This document shows, piece after piece, positions 37,364-38,747 of a stretch of DNA of 38,747 nucleotides. Both the position numbers and the translations under genes were made by a program. The notes under the pieces were generated by a model, which was not told the DNA's origin, made no database searches, and saw nothing but the letters and a program-made list of their open reading frames with translations. Position 1 is the stretch's first letter. Each line of letters begins with the position of its first letter. The stretch is from contig CAKJXZ020000065.1 in assembly GCA_918234285.1 (NCBI GenBank), positions 1 to 38,747 on the forward strand. Reading direction: 5' to 3'. The DNA is from Pseudomonadota bacterium. GTDB lineage: Bacteria; Pseudomonadota; Alphaproteobacteria; RF32; CAG-239.

Positions 37364-38584
37364 ATGTTCATACCTGAATATTTGGATATGTCAAAAATCG
37401 CCAACACAGCCAAAATCGATAATTTGTTTCAGGCGGTGGAAGAGCACGGCGGCACCATTCGTTTTGTCGGTGGTGCGGTACGTGATACTTTGGCCGGATT
37501 AAGCGGATTCGACTTGGACTTGGCTACCGATTTATCGCCGGACGAGTTAATTGAGGCTTGTCAGAACAACGGGCTCAAAACCGTACCGGTAGGCTTAAAA
37601 CAGGCCACGGTCGGTGTGGTGATAGATAATCAGATTTTGGAAGTTGCATCGCTCAGACGCAGCGTTAAAAACGAATCGGGCAAATATGAGGTTGAATTTA
37701 CCGATGATTGGAGCGCCGACGCGGCACGACGCGACTTGACCATCAACGCGGTATATGCCGATTTGCGCGGCAACGTTTTCGACTATTATGACGGCATTAC
37801 CGATTTGAAAAACGGAGTAGTGCGTTTTATCGGCAGTCCGGAAGACCGCATTGAAGAAGACGGCCTGCGTATTTTGCGTTTTTTCCGTTTTTATGCCAAG
37901 TTCGGCAAAACTTCGCCGGATAAAGAAGCGCTTGACGCTTGTATAAAATATAAGGGTTGTTTGCGCAATATTGCCATTGAGAGGGTACGCGACGAGTTGT
38001 TTAAAATTTTGGTAACTCCGAATGCCGCCGTATCAATGAAAATAATTTACGATAACGATATTTTGGCTTATTTTTTGCCTAAATCCAAGCATTTGGACGC
38101 GCTTGACCGGCTGGCAAAGCTGGTAGCGGATATCAAGTATGAGGGTAATTTTTTGCGTCGGCTGTTTGTGTTGTATCAACCGAAAGCGGCGGCGGCCGAA
38201 AATATGGCCAATACTTTGCGCTTTACCAAAAAACAAAAAGAGGTGTTCTTACGTTGGGCTAAAATTGATTTGCGACCGGAGCAGATTATGCCGTTGCAAC
38301 CGCGTCTTAAGCTGATATATCGCTACGGCAAGCAGTTTTGCATTGATAAAGTTTTGATGGGGGCGGCGATATATGATTTTGATGCGCCGTCGCTCAATCG
38401 TCTGCTGACGGAAATAGAAAATGCGGTGGTGCCGATTTTCCCGATTCGCGGCCGAGATATTGTCAACAGCGGCATTACCGGCGATCGGCAAATCGGGCAA
38501 GAACTCAACCGGTTGGAACAAATGTGGACGGACAGCGGCTTTAACCTGACCAGAGAAGAATTGCTGAACAGTATCAAAAGGTAG
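37364..38584 (+). CDS. cca: CCA tRNA nucleotidyltransferase
   Basis: 'RFVGGAVRD', 'DLDLATD', 'DAARRDLTINA', 'EDGLRILRFFRF'. Confidence 0.93.
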   Translation: MFIPEYLDMSKIANTAKIDNLFQAVEEHGGTIRFVGGAVRDTLAGLSGFDLDLATDLSPDELIEACQNNGLKTVPVGLKQATVGVVIDNQILEVASLRRSVKNESGKYEVEFTDDWSADAARRDLTINAVYADLRGNVFDYYDGITDLKNGVVRFIGSPEDRIEEDGLRILRFFRFYAKFGKTSPDKEALDACIKYKGCLRNIAIERVRDELFKILVTPNAAVSMKIIYDNDILAYFLPKSKHLDALDRLAKLVADIKYEGNFLRRLFVLYQPKAAAAENMANTLRFTKKQKEVFLRWAKIDLRPEQIMPLQPRLKLIYRYGKQFCIDKVLMGAAIYDFDAPSLNRLLTEIENAVVPIFPIRGRDIVNSGITGDRQIGQELNRLEQMWTDSGFNLTREELLNSIKR

Positions 38585-38598
38585 GGCATAAAACAAAC

Positions 38599-38747
38599 CG
38601 TCATCCCTCTGTTTTATCGTCATCCTGAACGAATGTGAAGGATCCATCAACACCCTTAGTGTTGTTCGTTCCGGCGGAACGAATGGATACTTCGGCTCCG
38701 CCTCAGTATGACGGGGCAGGGTTTTGTCGTCATCCCTCGAAGTGCAC
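38599..38747. repeat. REP-like palindromic element cluster (GTCATCC-type), truncated by window end
   Basis: CGTCATCCTGA..GAAGGATCC (38618-38645) pairs imperfectly with GGATACTTC..TCAGTATGACG (38685-38713); CGTCATCC occurs three times. Confidence 0.75.

Overview
Chromosomal window of a moderate-GC alphaproteobacterium. Gene order and protein styles are alphaproteobacterial; a host-associated Rhodospirillales/RF32-like lineage is only an inference. The housekeeping backbone is tolA (partial), htpG, murA, tRNA-Gly, tRNA-Gln, mnmA, ssb, aas/fadL, mrp, hflKC-degP, holC, kdsD-lptC/A-lptB-hpf-ptsN, gyrB, dCMP deaminase, a NarL-type regulator, rlmN, an IalB-like gene and cca. About a dozen orphan genes are interleaved, several with their own promoter and terminator. 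No integrase, transposase, CRISPR array or recognisable defence system is visible. Most notable observations: (1) one ORF fuses LptC to three LptA-like repeats; (2) a ~150-nt structured RNA with mutually exclusive terminator/antiterminator pairings sits upstream of a small XRE-HTH gene; (3) a membrane-anchored metallothionein-like protein; (4) a membrane protein with Trp-rich 11-mer repeats and an apparently inactive GH24-lysozyme-like domain, behind a structured leader; (5) an orphan occupies the usual rpoN slot; (6) an inverted repeat pairs the htpG RpoH -10 box with its ribosome-binding site; (7) the palindrome GTTACAC-N9-GTGTAAC occurs at two distant loci; (8) tRNA-Gly has a non-canonical T-loop; (9) a decayed islet lies at tRNA-Gln. 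All family assignments come from reading motifs by eye, not from database searches.
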